DNA of 64,000 nucleotides. It comes from an uncultured Chloroflexia bacterium. GTDB lineage: Bacteria > Chloroflexota > Limnocylindria > Limnocylindrales > CSP1-4. Location: the NCBI GenBank assembly GCA_963850555.1, contig CAWKLT010000022.1, positions 66,543-130,542 of the forward strand. The letters run 5' to 3'. The position numbers and the translations under genes were made by a program. Below, piece by piece: positions 39,877 to 50,294 of the stretch. The notes under the pieces are model-generated. The model did no database searches. It saw only the letters and a list, made by a program, of their open reading frames with translations, and was not told where the DNA came from. The first letter of the stretch is position 1; each line of letters starts with the position of its first letter.

Positions 39877-39947
39877 GAGAGCGGAAGCGTAGCGGGAGCA
39901 TCTTCGTCACGCTTTCGACCGTCCGTACTGGTACCCTCCGCGCGATC

Positions 39948-40625
39948 ATGTGGCCACGCTTGTCGATCATCGCCGGCCTGCTCGCCGGCGTCGCCGTCGC
40001 GCTGCTGGTGCTCGGGGGGATCCTCGCCTTCGCCCCCGAGCGCGGGTCTGCGGCTACGCCCGCGCCCGTGCCATCGGTGTCCATCCCGATCCTGTCCCCG
40101 TCACCTGCGGGCGTGTCGGCGTCGCCGAGCGCTGGTTCCGGAGCGTCGCCGACGGCCGGTGCCTCGGGCTCCGGGTCGGCCGGCCTGTTCCATGTCGGTG
40201 AGCCCGCCCCGGCGCTCGCCGTGCCCCAGGTCGGCGGTGGCACGATCGACCTCGCGAACCTGCGCGGGAAGCCGGTCTGGGTCAACTTCATGGGGACCTA
40301 TTGCCCGCCGTGTCTCGACGAGTTCCCGCTGATGAACGGCTTCGCGGCCCGCTACGCCGACGACGGTCTCGTCGTCCTGGCGATCGACGTCAAGGAGGAG
40401 GAAGGCGCCGTCGCGGCGTTCGCCGAGAGCCTCTCGGCCACGTTCCCCATCGGGCTCGACAGCGACGGCTCCGCGCAGACGCGCTGGGCGGCGCTGGCGC
40501 TGCCCGTGCACTTCTGGATCGACAAGGACGGGATCATCCGCGACGGAGCGCTTGGCGGGATCGGGCCGGACATCATGGCCCGCGGCCTGAAGGCGATCAT
40601 GCCGGACGTCGACGTCACGCCGTGA
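39948..40625 (+). CDS. TlpA/ResA-like membrane-anchored thiol:disulfide oxidoreductase
   Basis: ORF 39948..40625. N-terminal TM. Thioredoxin fold 'GKPVWVNFMGTYCPPCLDEFP'. Confidence 0.85.
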   Translation: MWPRLSIIAGLLAGVAVALLVLGGILAFAPERGSAATPAPVPSVSIPILSPSPAGVSASPSAGSGASPTAGASGSGSAGLFHVGEPAPALAVPQVGGGTIDLANLRGKPVWVNFMGTYCPPCLDEFPLMNGFAARYADDGLVVLAIDVKEEEGAVAAFAESLSATFPIGLDSDGSAQTRWAALALPVHFWIDKDGIIRDGALGGIGPDIMARGLKAIMPDVDVTP

Positions 40626-41518
40626 CCGCGGCCGACGGGCCGCCGTCGATCTCGTCGGCGGCCGAGGTCGCCCGAGCGCTGGACTCCCTGGCTGCCGCTC
40701 CGCCCCCGCTGCTGGTCGTGGCCGACTTCGACGGAACCTGGCGGTCGGGGCGCGCGACCCCGCGATCGCGGTCATCGAGCCCGTCGCGCAGCGCGGCCTG
40801 CGGGCCCTCGCGCGCGTGGCGACCGAGCGACCCCCGCGCGTCCACGTCGCGGTCCTGACCGGGCGGGTCGTGTCGGACGTCGCGGCCCGCGTCCGGGTCG
40901 GTGGCGTGGAATACCTGGGCGATCATGGCCTCGAGCACGGCACGCTGGCGCGCGGGGCGCGCGCGGAGCACCTGCAGGTGGTGACGGATCCGTCCTTCGA
41001 CGGCCACCGCCGTTCTGCGGCGAGCCTGGCCGACGCCGTGGCGGACGAGCTGGGGTCGCCGGCCTGGCTGTTCGTGGAGCGCAAGGGGCCCTCGGTGGCG
41101 TTCCACGTCCGCCAGGCCGACGATGTCGTCGCTGCCCGGGCGCTCGTGGTCGCCGCCATCGCCACGGTCGAAGCGCGTGACGGACTGCGCGACCACGGCC
41201 TCGCCCACTACCGTGGTCGGACGGTCGTCGACCTGCGTCCGGCCCATGCCGGCGGCAAGCGCGAGGCGGTCGAGCGACTGCTCGACGCGGCACCGTCCCG
41301 GCGCGGTGGTCGTCCTGGGCGACGAAATGAGCGACGTGGACGCGTTCGAGGCGGTGATCGCGGCTCGGCGATCGGACTCGGCCCTCGCCGCGACGACCGT
41401 GGCCGTCCACGGTGCCAGGGGGCCAGCGCCAGAGGAACTCCTCAGGGTCGCCGACCTGTATCTCGGGTCGCCGCGCGAGGTCGGTCGGCTGCTCCTCGCC
41501 CTGGCGCGACGGCTGTAG
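40622..41518 (+). CDS. HAD-IIB phosphatase, trehalose-6-phosphate phosphatase (OtsB)-like (two frame changes)
   Basis: GTG 40622 (GTGA overlap) in the frame of ORF 40301 ('LLVVADFDGT'). Middle part is in ORF 40816 ('VAVLTGRVVSDV...YLGDHGLE...PAHAGGKREAVERLL'). The end is in ORF 41123..41518 ('AVVVLGDEMSDVDAF'). Frame switches lie near 40740 and 41295. Confidence 0.65.
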
Positions 41519-41520
41519 CG

Positions 41521-41537
41521 GGCCGCCACCGGCGGCC
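41521..41537. terminator. GC hairpin between convergent genes (possible bidirectional terminator)
   Basis: 'ggccgcc acc ggcggcc' forms a perfect 7-bp stem with a 3-nt loop, in the 36-nt gap between the otsB-like stop and the nuoN stop. There is no U-tract. Confidence 0.3.
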
Positions 41538-41554
41538 GCGGCTCAGGGTCCGGC

Positions 41555-43051
41555 TCAGGTCCCGGCGATGCCCGCCGTGCCCAGGAGCGCCTGCGCAGCC
41601 TGGTCGACGATCCCGAGCAGCGCCGACGGGAACAGCCCGAGGACGATCGTCAGGACGGTCGCCGCCGCGAGGCCACCCCACATGAGCGCGCCATGGCGGA
41701 GGGCCGGTGCGTCGGTCGCCGGATCGCGCATGAACATGTAGACGACGACGCGCAGGTAGTAGAAGGCGGCCACGGCGGCATTGAGGACCACCAGGACCGC
41801 GAGCCACGTCAGTGCCCCGCCGGCCTGCACCGCGGCCACGATGATCTCGTACTTGGCGAAGAACCCGGCGGTCGGCGGGATGCCGATGAGCGACAGCAGG
41901 AACAGGGTCATCAGCGCCGTCAGGAGTGGCTCGCGCCGGAAGAGCCCGGCGAACGTATCGAGCTGGGACGTGACCCCGGCCCGCTTCTGCAGCGCAGCGA
42001 TGACCGCGAACGCCCCGAGGTTCATGAACGCGTAGGCGGCGAGGTAGAAGAGCAGGCCCGACAGGCCCTGGATCTCTCCCGCCCCGTACGCCGCGAGCCC
42101 GACGAGCATGTAGCCGGTGTGGGCGATGGAGCTGTAGCCGAGCATCCGCTTGACGTTGTCCTGCGTCAGCGCAACGAGGTTGCCGAGCGTCATCGTGAAG
42201 GCGGCCAGGATGATGACGACCGGGAGCCAGATGTCGGCCAATGGACCGAGCGCCTCCACGAAGAGCCGCAGGATCAGGGCAAACGCGCCGATCTTGGGGC
42301 CGACCGAGAGATATCCGGTCACCGGCGTCGGCGAGCCCTGGTAGGCGTCCGGTGTCCAGTAGTGGAACGGCACGGCCGCGATCTTGAACGCGACACCCGT
42401 CGTCATGAACGCGAGGCCCATCGCCAGGCCTGCGGACAGGGGAGCCTCACCCGCGACGATCGCCCCGAGTTTGGCCGCGATGCCATCCGGACCGGCCACG
42501 AGCGTGGTCCCGGTCAGGCCCCAGACGAAGGCCAGCCCGAACAGGAAGATGGCCGAGCTGAACGAGCCGAGCAGGAAGTACTTGATGGCGCCCTCGGTCG
42601 AGAAGCCATCGGTCTTGTGGTAGCCGGCGAGGAGGTAGCCCGGGAGGACCATGAGCTCGAGGCCGAGGAAGAGCAGCAGCAGGTCGCTGGAGCCGGCGAG
42701 CAGCATCGCGCCGCTCATCGCGAAGATCAGCACGGTCGCGAACTCCGCCACCGGCAGGCCGCGTGGCAGGAGGTAGTCGGGCGCGAACAGGATCGTCATC
42801 ACGATGACGGCGATGAACAGGATGTCGAGGAACGTGGTCAAGGCGTCGACGGTGTACGAGCCGCCGAATGCCGTGGCCTCCGTGCCGCCGACCGACAGCG
42901 TGACGACGGCCGTCAGGGCGAGTCCGATGAGCGCGGTCGCCACCGCCGGGCCGGTGCGGCCGGGCCGGATCAGGTCCACGACGAGGACCGCGGCGGCCGT
43001 CAGCACGGCCGCGATGAGCGGGGAGATCGTGATGAAGTCCTGGGCGATCAA
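41555..43051 (-). CDS. nuoN: NADH-quinone oxidoreductase subunit N
   Basis: ORF 41555..43051, intact. Antiporter-like subunit and last gene of the operon. Confidence 0.9.
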   Translation of the reverse strand: MIAQDFITISPLIAAVLTAAAVLVVDLIRPGRTGPAVATALIGLALTAVVTLSVGGTEATAFGGSYTVDALTTFLDILFIAVIVMTILFAPDYLLPRGLPVAEFATVLIFAMSGAMLLAGSSDLLLLFLGLELMVLPGYLLAGYHKTDGFSTEGAIKYFLLGSFSSAIFLFGLAFVWGLTGTTLVAGPDGIAAKLGAIVAGEAPLSAGLAMGLAFMTTGVAFKIAAVPFHYWTPDAYQGSPTPVTGYLSVGPKIGAFALILRLFVEALGPLADIWLPVVIILAAFTMTLGNLVALTQDNVKRMLGYSSIAHTGYMLVGLAAYGAGEIQGLSGLLFYLAAYAFMNLGAFAVIAALQKRAGVTSQLDTFAGLFRREPLLTALMTLFLLSLIGIPPTAGFFAKYEIIVAAVQAGGALTWLAVLVVLNAAVAAFYYLRVVVYMFMRDPATDAPALRHGALMWGGLAAATVLTIVLGLFPSALLGIVDQAAQALLGTAGIAGT

Positions 43052-44710
43052 TGGGCGCCGCCTTCGGCGGCCACGGTCCCGGCAGGCTCCGACCGACCCG
43101 GCCGCAGGGCGAACGCGATCCGCGCGATCACCGCCAGCACGACGATCCCGACGCCGATCAGCACGACCTCCGGCCCGACCGGCAGCGGCGCGCCCGTTGA
43201 CGCGGCACCCAGCGTCTCACGCACGGTCCCCCGCACGAGGTCGAGCAGCAGCCCCGGCTGCAGGCCGAACACGACGATCAGTGTCGCCAGCGGCACGAGG
43301 GTCAGCGTCTCGATCGGGGTCATGTCCGACAGGTGATCCCCAAGGCTTGCGATGAACTCGGAGACCTCGCCGAAGACGATGCGCCCGTACATGTACAGCA
43401 GGTACCCCGCCGCGAGGACCATCACGAAGGCCGCGACCGTCGCCGCCAGCGGGCTGACCTCGAAGGTGCCGACCAGCGTGAGGAACTCCCCGACGAAGCC
43501 GGACAGGCCCGGCAGCCCGCCCGAGGCGAAGACGAAGAATCCGAACACGGCGGCCCACACCGGCATCCGCGCCGCGAGCCCGCCCATCTTCGCGATCGTC
43601 CGGTCGTGGGTCCGCTCGTAGATGACGCCGACGAGCAGGAACAGGCCGCCCGTGATGAGCCCGTGGTTGATCATCTGGAGGATCGCGCCCTGGACCCCCT
43701 GCTCGGTGAAGACGAACAGGCCCAGGGTCACGAACCCCATGTGGCTGACCGATGAGAAGGCGACGAGGCGCTTCAGGTCCGGTTGGACGAGCGCCACGAT
43801 CGCGCCGTAGATGATCGCGATCAGCGAGAGCACGATGACGACCGGCGCGAACGTCAGCGCCGCGTCCGGGAACAGCGGCACCGCGAAGCGGATCAATCCG
43901 TACGCGCCGAGCTTGAGCATGATCGCGGCCAGGATCACCGAGCCCGCGGTCGGCGCCTCGGTATGCGCGTCCGGCAGCCAGGTGTGGAACGGGAACATCG
44001 GGACCTTGATCGCGAACGCGAGGAAGAAGGCCAGGAACGCACCCACCTGGAGGGCAGGCGAGAAGCCGCCGCCACCGGCAAAGGCGCGCAGGGTCTCGAA
44101 GTCGAAGGCGCCGACCCACGAACCGCCATTGGCCGCCTGGTAGGCGAACGCCGTCGCCAGGATCGCCACGAGCATCAGCAGCGACCCGACGAGCGTGTAG
44201 AGGACGAACTTGATCGTCGCGTAGATCCGGTTCGCGCCGCCCCAGATGCCGATGATCAGGTACATCGGGACCAGGACGATCTCCCAGAAGATGTAGAACA
44301 GGAACATGTCCAGGGCGAGGAACACCCCGATCATCCCGACCTCGAGGACCAGGAAGCTGATCATGTACTCCTTGATCCGCGTCTGGATCGGGTTCCAGCT
44401 CGCGAGGATGGAGATCCAGGTCAGCGTGGTCGTGAGCACGACCAGCGCTGCCGACAGCCCATCCACGCCGAGCTTGTACTGGATGCCGAAGACCGGGATC
44501 CAGTCGTAGACCTCGACGTACAGGAACTGCGTACCCAGCCGGTCGGGCAGGTAGCCGATCAACAGGAGCAGCGAGACCACCCACGTCAGCGAGCGCGAAC
44601 CCGAGGGCGACCGGCCGGGTGAGCGTGGACGGCAGGATCGCCACCACCAACGCACCGATAAGCGGCAGGAACGTGACGAGGGACAGGATCGGGAACGTGT
44701 CGAGGGTCAT
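43048..44710 (-). CDS. nuoM: NADH-quinone oxidoreductase subunit M (one frame change)
   Basis: ATG 44710 '[27 protein letters not shown]' (frame of ORF 43217..44956, ATGA overlap with nuoL). The remainder is in ORF 43048..44655 ('FPFHTWLPDAHTEAPTAGSVILAAIMLKLGAYG'). The frame switch is near 44590. Confidence 0.85.
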
Positions 44711-46714
44711 CGCGGGTTCCCGACCAGGATCAGGTAGGAGCCGGCCATGACGATCAGGCCCAGGGCGATGCCGAGCGCGTAGTTCTGGACCCGACCGGTC
44801 TGCACGCGCCGCAGCCCGCGCCCGGCCCCGACCGTGGCCCGGCCGACGTCGTTCACGGTCCCGTCGACGACCTCGCGATCGAACCACCACATGGCGGCCG
44901 CGATGCGTCCGCCGATGACGATGAACAGCAGGTGGTAGAGCTCGTCGAACCACCACTTGTTGAGCGACGCCCGATACAGGAACGCCAGGCCCGGGCGGGA
45001 GCTGATCTCGCGCACCCGCTCGGGGCGGGCGGGCAGGCGCAACGCGCCGACGTCGGCTCCGAACAGGCGCCAGGCCAGGGCCACGCCGATCGCGGCGACC
45101 GTGACGCTCGCGAGGATCAGCACGCCGTCGATGCCGAACAACGCGTACGGCTCGTGCGGGAGCTGGAGCAGCTCGTCGGTCGAATGGTGGAAGACCGGCT
45201 CCAGCCAGTGGTGCAGGGTGCTGTCGCCGAGCGGGAGGCCCAGCGCCATGCCCAGGAAGATCGACGGGATCGCCAGGAGGATCAGCGGGACGGTCATCAC
45301 CCGCGGTGACTCGTGGATGCGATCCCAGAGCTCCTTGGGCCCGCGGAACACGCCCCAGAACGTCATGCCCATGAGCCGGAACATGTAGAAGGCCGTCAGG
45401 AACGCGACGAACAGGCCGATCCCCCAGACCCAGTAGAAGCCGAACTTGAAGGCCTCACCCAGGATCTCGTCCTTGCTGAAGAAGCCCGCCAGCGGCGGGA
45501 TGCCGGAGATCGCGATGGAGCCGATGAACATCGTCGCGTAGGTGATCGGGATCTTCTCGGCCAGGCCGCCCATGCGGCGCATGTCCTGCTCTTCGTGGAC
45601 GGCGTGGATGACCGATCCGGACCCCAGGAACAGCAGGCCCTTGAAGAATCCGTGGGTCATGAGATGGAAGATCGCCGCGGTGAACGCCCCCACCCCGAGC
45701 GCCGCGAACATGTAGCCGAGCTGGCTCAGCGTGGAATAGGCGAGCACGCGCTTGATGTCGGTCTGGGTCATGGCGATCGTCGCCGCGAGGATGGCCGTGA
45801 AGATGCCGATCGCGGCGACGATGACCATCGCGTCCGGGAGCCGAGGCGAACAGCTCGTTCGCCCGGGCGACCAGGTACACGCCGGCGTTGACCATGGTGG
45901 CCGCATGGATGAGGGCCGACACGGGTGTCGGGCCTTCCATCGCGTCGGGGAGCCAGACGTGCAGCGGGAACTGGGCGCTCTTGCCCATGGCTCCGGCGAA
46001 CACGAGCAGCGCGGTCGCGAACAGCGGGATCGGGTTGGCGTCGCCCGCCTCGAGCATCGTGTGGATCGACTCGCGGATGTTCAGCGTCGCTTCGCCGACG
46101 GCGCCCGTATTGACCCAGATGGCCATGATCCCGAGCGCGAAACCGATGTCGCCGACGCGGTTGACGATGAACGCCTTCTTGGCCGCCAGGGCCGCCGAGC
46201 GCTTGCGGTACCAGAAGCCGATGAGCAGGTAGCTGCACAGGCCGACCAGCTCCCACGCCACGAACACCACGAGCCACGAATCCGCGAGGACCAGCAGCAG
46301 CATCGAGAACATGAACAGGTTCAGGTAGGCGAAGAACCGCCAGTAACCCGGGTCGTGGCTCATGTAGCCGACCGAGTAGATGTGGACGAGCAGGCCGATC
46401 GTCGTGACCACGATCAGCAGGCACGCCGTCAGCGAGTCCACGACGAAGCCGACCTCGACGACGAATTCGCCGGCCGGGATCCACGTGAACCAGTGGAGGG
46501 CGTAGCCGTGCGCCTCCTCCGACCCCTCGAGCAGCGGCGCGGCGCCGGTCAGCACCTGGAAGGCCAGGGCCATCGCGATGGCCCACGCGCCGAGGATCAC
46601 GAGCACCGGGATCCAGTGCGCCTGCTTCCCCAGCCGCCGGCCGATGAGTGCCGTGACCGCGAACCCCGCGATCGGCAGGATGACCAGGAGCGGGATCAGC
46701 GATTCAAGGCTCAC
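44707..46714 (-). CDS. nuoL: NADH-quinone oxidoreductase subunit L (one frame change)
   Basis: N-terminal part is in ORF 45455..46714 ('[16 protein letters not shown]', '[32 protein letters not shown]'). C-terminal part is in ORF 44707..45906 ('[13 protein letters not shown]...[17 protein letters not shown]'). The frame switch is near 45840. Confidence 0.85.
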
Positions 46715-47028
46715 CGGGACATCGCGTCGTATTCGTCGACGAGTGGCGTCTTCTTGTTCCGGTAGATCGCGATGACGATGGCCAGCCCGACCGTGGCCTC
46801 GGCCGCGGCCACCGCCATGACCATGAGGGCGATGACCGATCCCTGGGCCTGCGCGTCGGTGGCCGGACTGAACGCCGCGAAGGCCACGATCGAGAGGTTG
46901 ACCGCGTTGAGCATCAGCTCGATCGACATCAGCATGCTGATGGCATTGCGCCGGGCCAGGAAGCCGAAGGAGCCGATGGCGAAGAGGATCCCGGACAGGA
47001 TCAGGTAGGCATCGAGGCTGTCGCTCAC
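46711..47028 (-). CDS. nuoK: NADH-quinone oxidoreductase subunit K
   Basis: ORF 46711..47028. Contains '[20 protein letters not shown]'. Confidence 0.9.
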   Translation of the reverse strand: MSDSLDAYLILSGILFAIGSFGFLARRNAISMLMSIELMLNAVNLSIVAFAAFSPATDAQAQGSVIALMVMAVAAAEATVGLAIVIAIYRNKKTPLVDEYDAMSR

Positions 47029-47618
47029 GGCGGGCCGCCCGGTTCGCGCTTGGCCAGGAAGACGCCGCCGATCACGGCCGCCAGCAGCAGGACGCTCACG
47101 ATCTCGAACGGGAACACGAACTGCTCGAACAGGACCTCCGACATCCTGTCCGTGGCGAGGCGCACCCGCTCGGTCAGCTCACCCCAGTCCGTTGCCACCA
47201 CGGCCAGCGCGATGAGGATGGCCACAACGACGGACGCGATCGCCGCGGGCACGGCCTGCGTCTGGAAGACCAGCCGGCTCGGGGCGTCCTTGGTCTGGGT
47301 CAGCATGATCGCGAAGAGGATCAGCACGCTGATCGCGCCGATGTAGACGATGACCTGGGCGGCCCCGAGCAACGGCGCCCCCATGAGCACGTAGATCCCG
47401 GCCAGGGCCAGGAAGCACACGATCATCGCGAGGCCGCAGCGGATGATGTCGCGCATCGTCACGACCAGGAGCCCGGAGCCCAGCATCACGGCGGAGAGGA
47501 TCCAGAACAGGGCGTCGTCCCAGTCCTGCCCCAGCACGATCAGCATGAGGGCCGCGATGCCGAGGACGGCGCCCATGACGACGAGCGCGATGAGGATCGG
47601 GACGAGCTTCGCGAGCAC
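47025..47618 (-). CDS. nuoJ: NADH-quinone oxidoreductase subunit J
   Basis: GTG 47618 inside ORF 47025..48410, 197 aa. Contains '[22 protein letters not shown]' and '[18 protein letters not shown]'. Confidence 0.85.
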   Translation of the reverse strand: MLAKLVPILIALVVMGAVLGIAALMLIVLGQDWDDALFWILSAVMLGSGLLVVTMRDIIRCGLAMIVCFLALAGIYVLMGAPLLGAAQVIVYIGAISVLILFAIMLTQTKDAPSRLVFQTQAVPAAIASVVVAILIALAVVATDWGELTERVRLATDRMSEVLFEQFVFPFEIVSVLLLAAVIGGVFLAKREPGGPP

Positions 47619-47626
47619 CGTCCGGC

Positions 47627-50294
47627 CTACTCGTGCCCGCCCGGACCGAGGGCCGCGACCGCACCGTGATCGTGGCCGTGGTCGTGCCCGTTGCCCCCGT
47701 GTCCGTTGCCGCCGGCGCCGATCGCACCCGGCGTCGGCACGCCCGAGATCGTCGGTGGCAGCATCGGCAGCATGCGCCCCGGGTCGATGATCCGGCCGTC
47801 GGCCGCCGCCCGCGTGGCCCAGTCGCGCTCGCGCCGGATGTAGGTGACCTCGGTCTCGCGGTCGATGGCCGCGAGCGCCATGAGGTCGATGTTCGGTTCG
47901 TCGCGGCCCGTGTGCGCGAGCTCGAAGTCGGCGCCGTCGCGCAGCGCGTCGTACGGGCAGGCGTCGACGCAGATCCCGCACAGGATGCAGCGGCTCTCGT
48001 CGACCTCGTACTTCTCGAGCACCCGCGGCTTCGGCATCAGCGCGCCGGTCGGGCACGTCTCGGCGCAGCGCCCGCAGGACACGCACGGGGTGTCGTTGAG
48101 GCTCATGTCGAGCGGCGTCGTGACGAGCGTGTCGAAGCCGATCCGCATGAAGTCGTAGCACGCCGCGCCGACCACCTCGGCGCACACGTTCGCGCACCGC
48201 CCGCAGTCGATGCAGCGGGACGGCTCGCGAAGGATGAACGCGTGCGAATCGTCGCGGATGTAGTCGTGGTTGATGCCGGTGAACCGGTTCTCCGTCACCG
48301 ACCGGTAGCCCGCGCCCTGGTGGTTCTGCGGCTCCAGGGTCTTGAGCGTCGTCCCGTACTCGATCCCCAGCCGCCGCAGGTCGCAGAAGCCGATCGCCTC
48401 GCACGTGCACTGGAGGCAGCGGGTGGACTCGGCGACGGCTGCCTCGGGCGTGTAGGGCAGCTCGTACTCGATGTAGCTGTGGTTGCGTTGGTCGGCGGGC
48501 AGGGCCTGCAGCCGGTAGCGCGATTCCTTCATCTCGGCCGTGAACGGCACGATCGAGAGGAACTCCGGCTGCGGCTCGGCCAGCGTCTGGCGGGTGCGGA
48601 TGGCGTCGAGATCCATGCCCTTGAGGAAGGCGTCCACGGCATAGGCGGCGCGCCGGCCCTCGGCGATGGCCTCGACCACCGTCGCCGCGCCGATCCGCAC
48701 GTCGCCGGTGGCGAAGACGCCGGGACGGCCCGTCGAGAACGTGACCGAATCGGCCTTGAGGCGTCGCTGCTTGGTGGCCTCAGGGCCCTCGTTGCCGGGC
48801 TCGGCCAGCCAATCGAGCTCGGGTCCCTGGCCGATGGCCAGCAACACCCGGTCGCACGGGATCGTGAACTCCGTCCCGGGCGCAGGCTCCGGCCGGCGAC
48901 GGCCGGACGCGTCCGGTTCGCCGAGCTGCATCCGGATGAACTCGACGCCCGTGACCTTGCCGGTCTTCTCGTCCGTGATGACCCGCGTCGGTCCGGCCTG
49001 GAAGATGGCGGTGACGCCTTCCTCGATGGCCTCGTGGACCTCGTCCGCCGCCGGCATGTCCTTCATGTCGCGGCGGTAGACGAGCGTGACCTCGCCGGCG
49101 CCCTGGCGGACGGACGTCCGCGAGCAGTCCATCGAGGTGAAGCCGCCGCCGATGACCACGACGCGCTTGCCGACGTGGTCCGGATAGGGCAGGCCGAGCG
49201 TCGCCGTGCGCAGGTACTCGAGCCCGTCGATGACGCCGTCGGCGTCCTCGTTCGGGATGCCGAGCTTGTTCGTGTCGTAGCAGCCGATGGCCACGACGAC
49301 CGAGTCGAAGCCCTGCATCGTCAGGTCGTCGAGCGTGAAGTCGCGCCCGAGCCCGGCGTTCGTGACCATCTTCGCGCCGAGGCGCATGACCGACTCGTAC
49401 TCGGCCTCGAGGACCTCGACCTTCGGGAGGCGGTACTGCGGGATGCCGTAGCGGAGCATGCCGCCGGGCGCCGGGTCGCGCTCGAAGACCGTGACGTCGT
49501 GGCCGGCGATCAGCAGGTAATAGGCGGCGGCCATGCCGGCAGGGCCGGAACCGATCACCGCAGCCGTGCGCCCCGACTTCGTCTGCTGCTCGAACGGGAC
49601 CGGCGGATCGACCCCTTCGTCCAGCTGCGCCTTGAGGACCTGGTCGCCGGCGTAGCGGTGCGTGTCGCGGATGGCGATCGCCTCATCGACCTCGTCGCGC
49701 CGGCAGTGCTCCTCGCACGGCGCCGGGCAGACCCGCCCGAGGACGGAGGGGAACGGGATCGTCCGCTTGAAGATGCGGGCCGACTCGCGGAAGTTGCCCT
49801 CGGCGTTCGCCTTGAGGAAGCCCGGGATGTCGATGTGGCTCGGGCACTTGTTCTGGCAGGGCGGCAGGCAGTACGCGTTGTGGTCGCTGAAGATCAGCTC
49901 GAGGTTCGTCCGGCGCAGCCGGCGGATCGTCTCGGTCTGGGTCTGGACCTTCATCTCCGGCTCGCACGTGCGCGAGCAGGAGATCGGCGGGTGCTCCTCG
50001 CCCTCGACCTCGACGACGCACATCCGGCAGGCACCGAAGCCCGGCAGCTTGGGTTCGTAGCAGAGCGTCGGGATCTCGATCCCGTTGTCGCGGCAGACCT
50101 CGAGGATCGTCTGGCCCTCGAAGCCTTCGACGACGCGGCCGTCGACCTCGATGCGGATCCGCGGCGTCGACTGGGGCCGCTGCGGCGACTGCGTGTCGAG
50201 CAGGCGATCGGCGAGCGACTCCGCGGACGACTCCGGGGCCGACGTCGCGGTCGTGGCGGGGCGGCCGGGCTGGACGGGCCAGGGTGTCGGTCAT
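47627..50294 (-). CDS. composite electron-input subunit: NuoG-type N-terminal [2Fe-2S] domain + GltD-type FAD/NAD(P)H oxidoreductase + NuoG/HydA-type [4Fe-4S] domains + C-terminal half of NuoI (one frame change near the 5' end)
   Basis: ATG 50294 (ATGA overlap with the upstream stop), then the frame of ORF 47627..50023. Domain motifs in order:
- [2Fe-2S]: 'IEVDGRVVEGFEGQTILEVCRDNGIEIPTLCYEPKLPGFGACRMCVVEVEG...SCSRTC'.
- GltD N-terminal cluster region: 'CLPPCQNKCPSHIDIP...GRVCPAPCEEHC'.
- FAD and NAD(P)H binding: 'AAVIGSGPAGMAAAYYL', 'GGMLRYGIPQYRLPK', 'VVVIGGGFTSMDC', 'FATGDV'.
- [4Fe-4S] domains: 'CIDCGRCANVC...CVSCGRCAETCPTGAL'.
- NuoI-type second motif: 'YEVDESRCILCGICVDACPYDALRDGADFELAH'. 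Confidence 0.75.
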
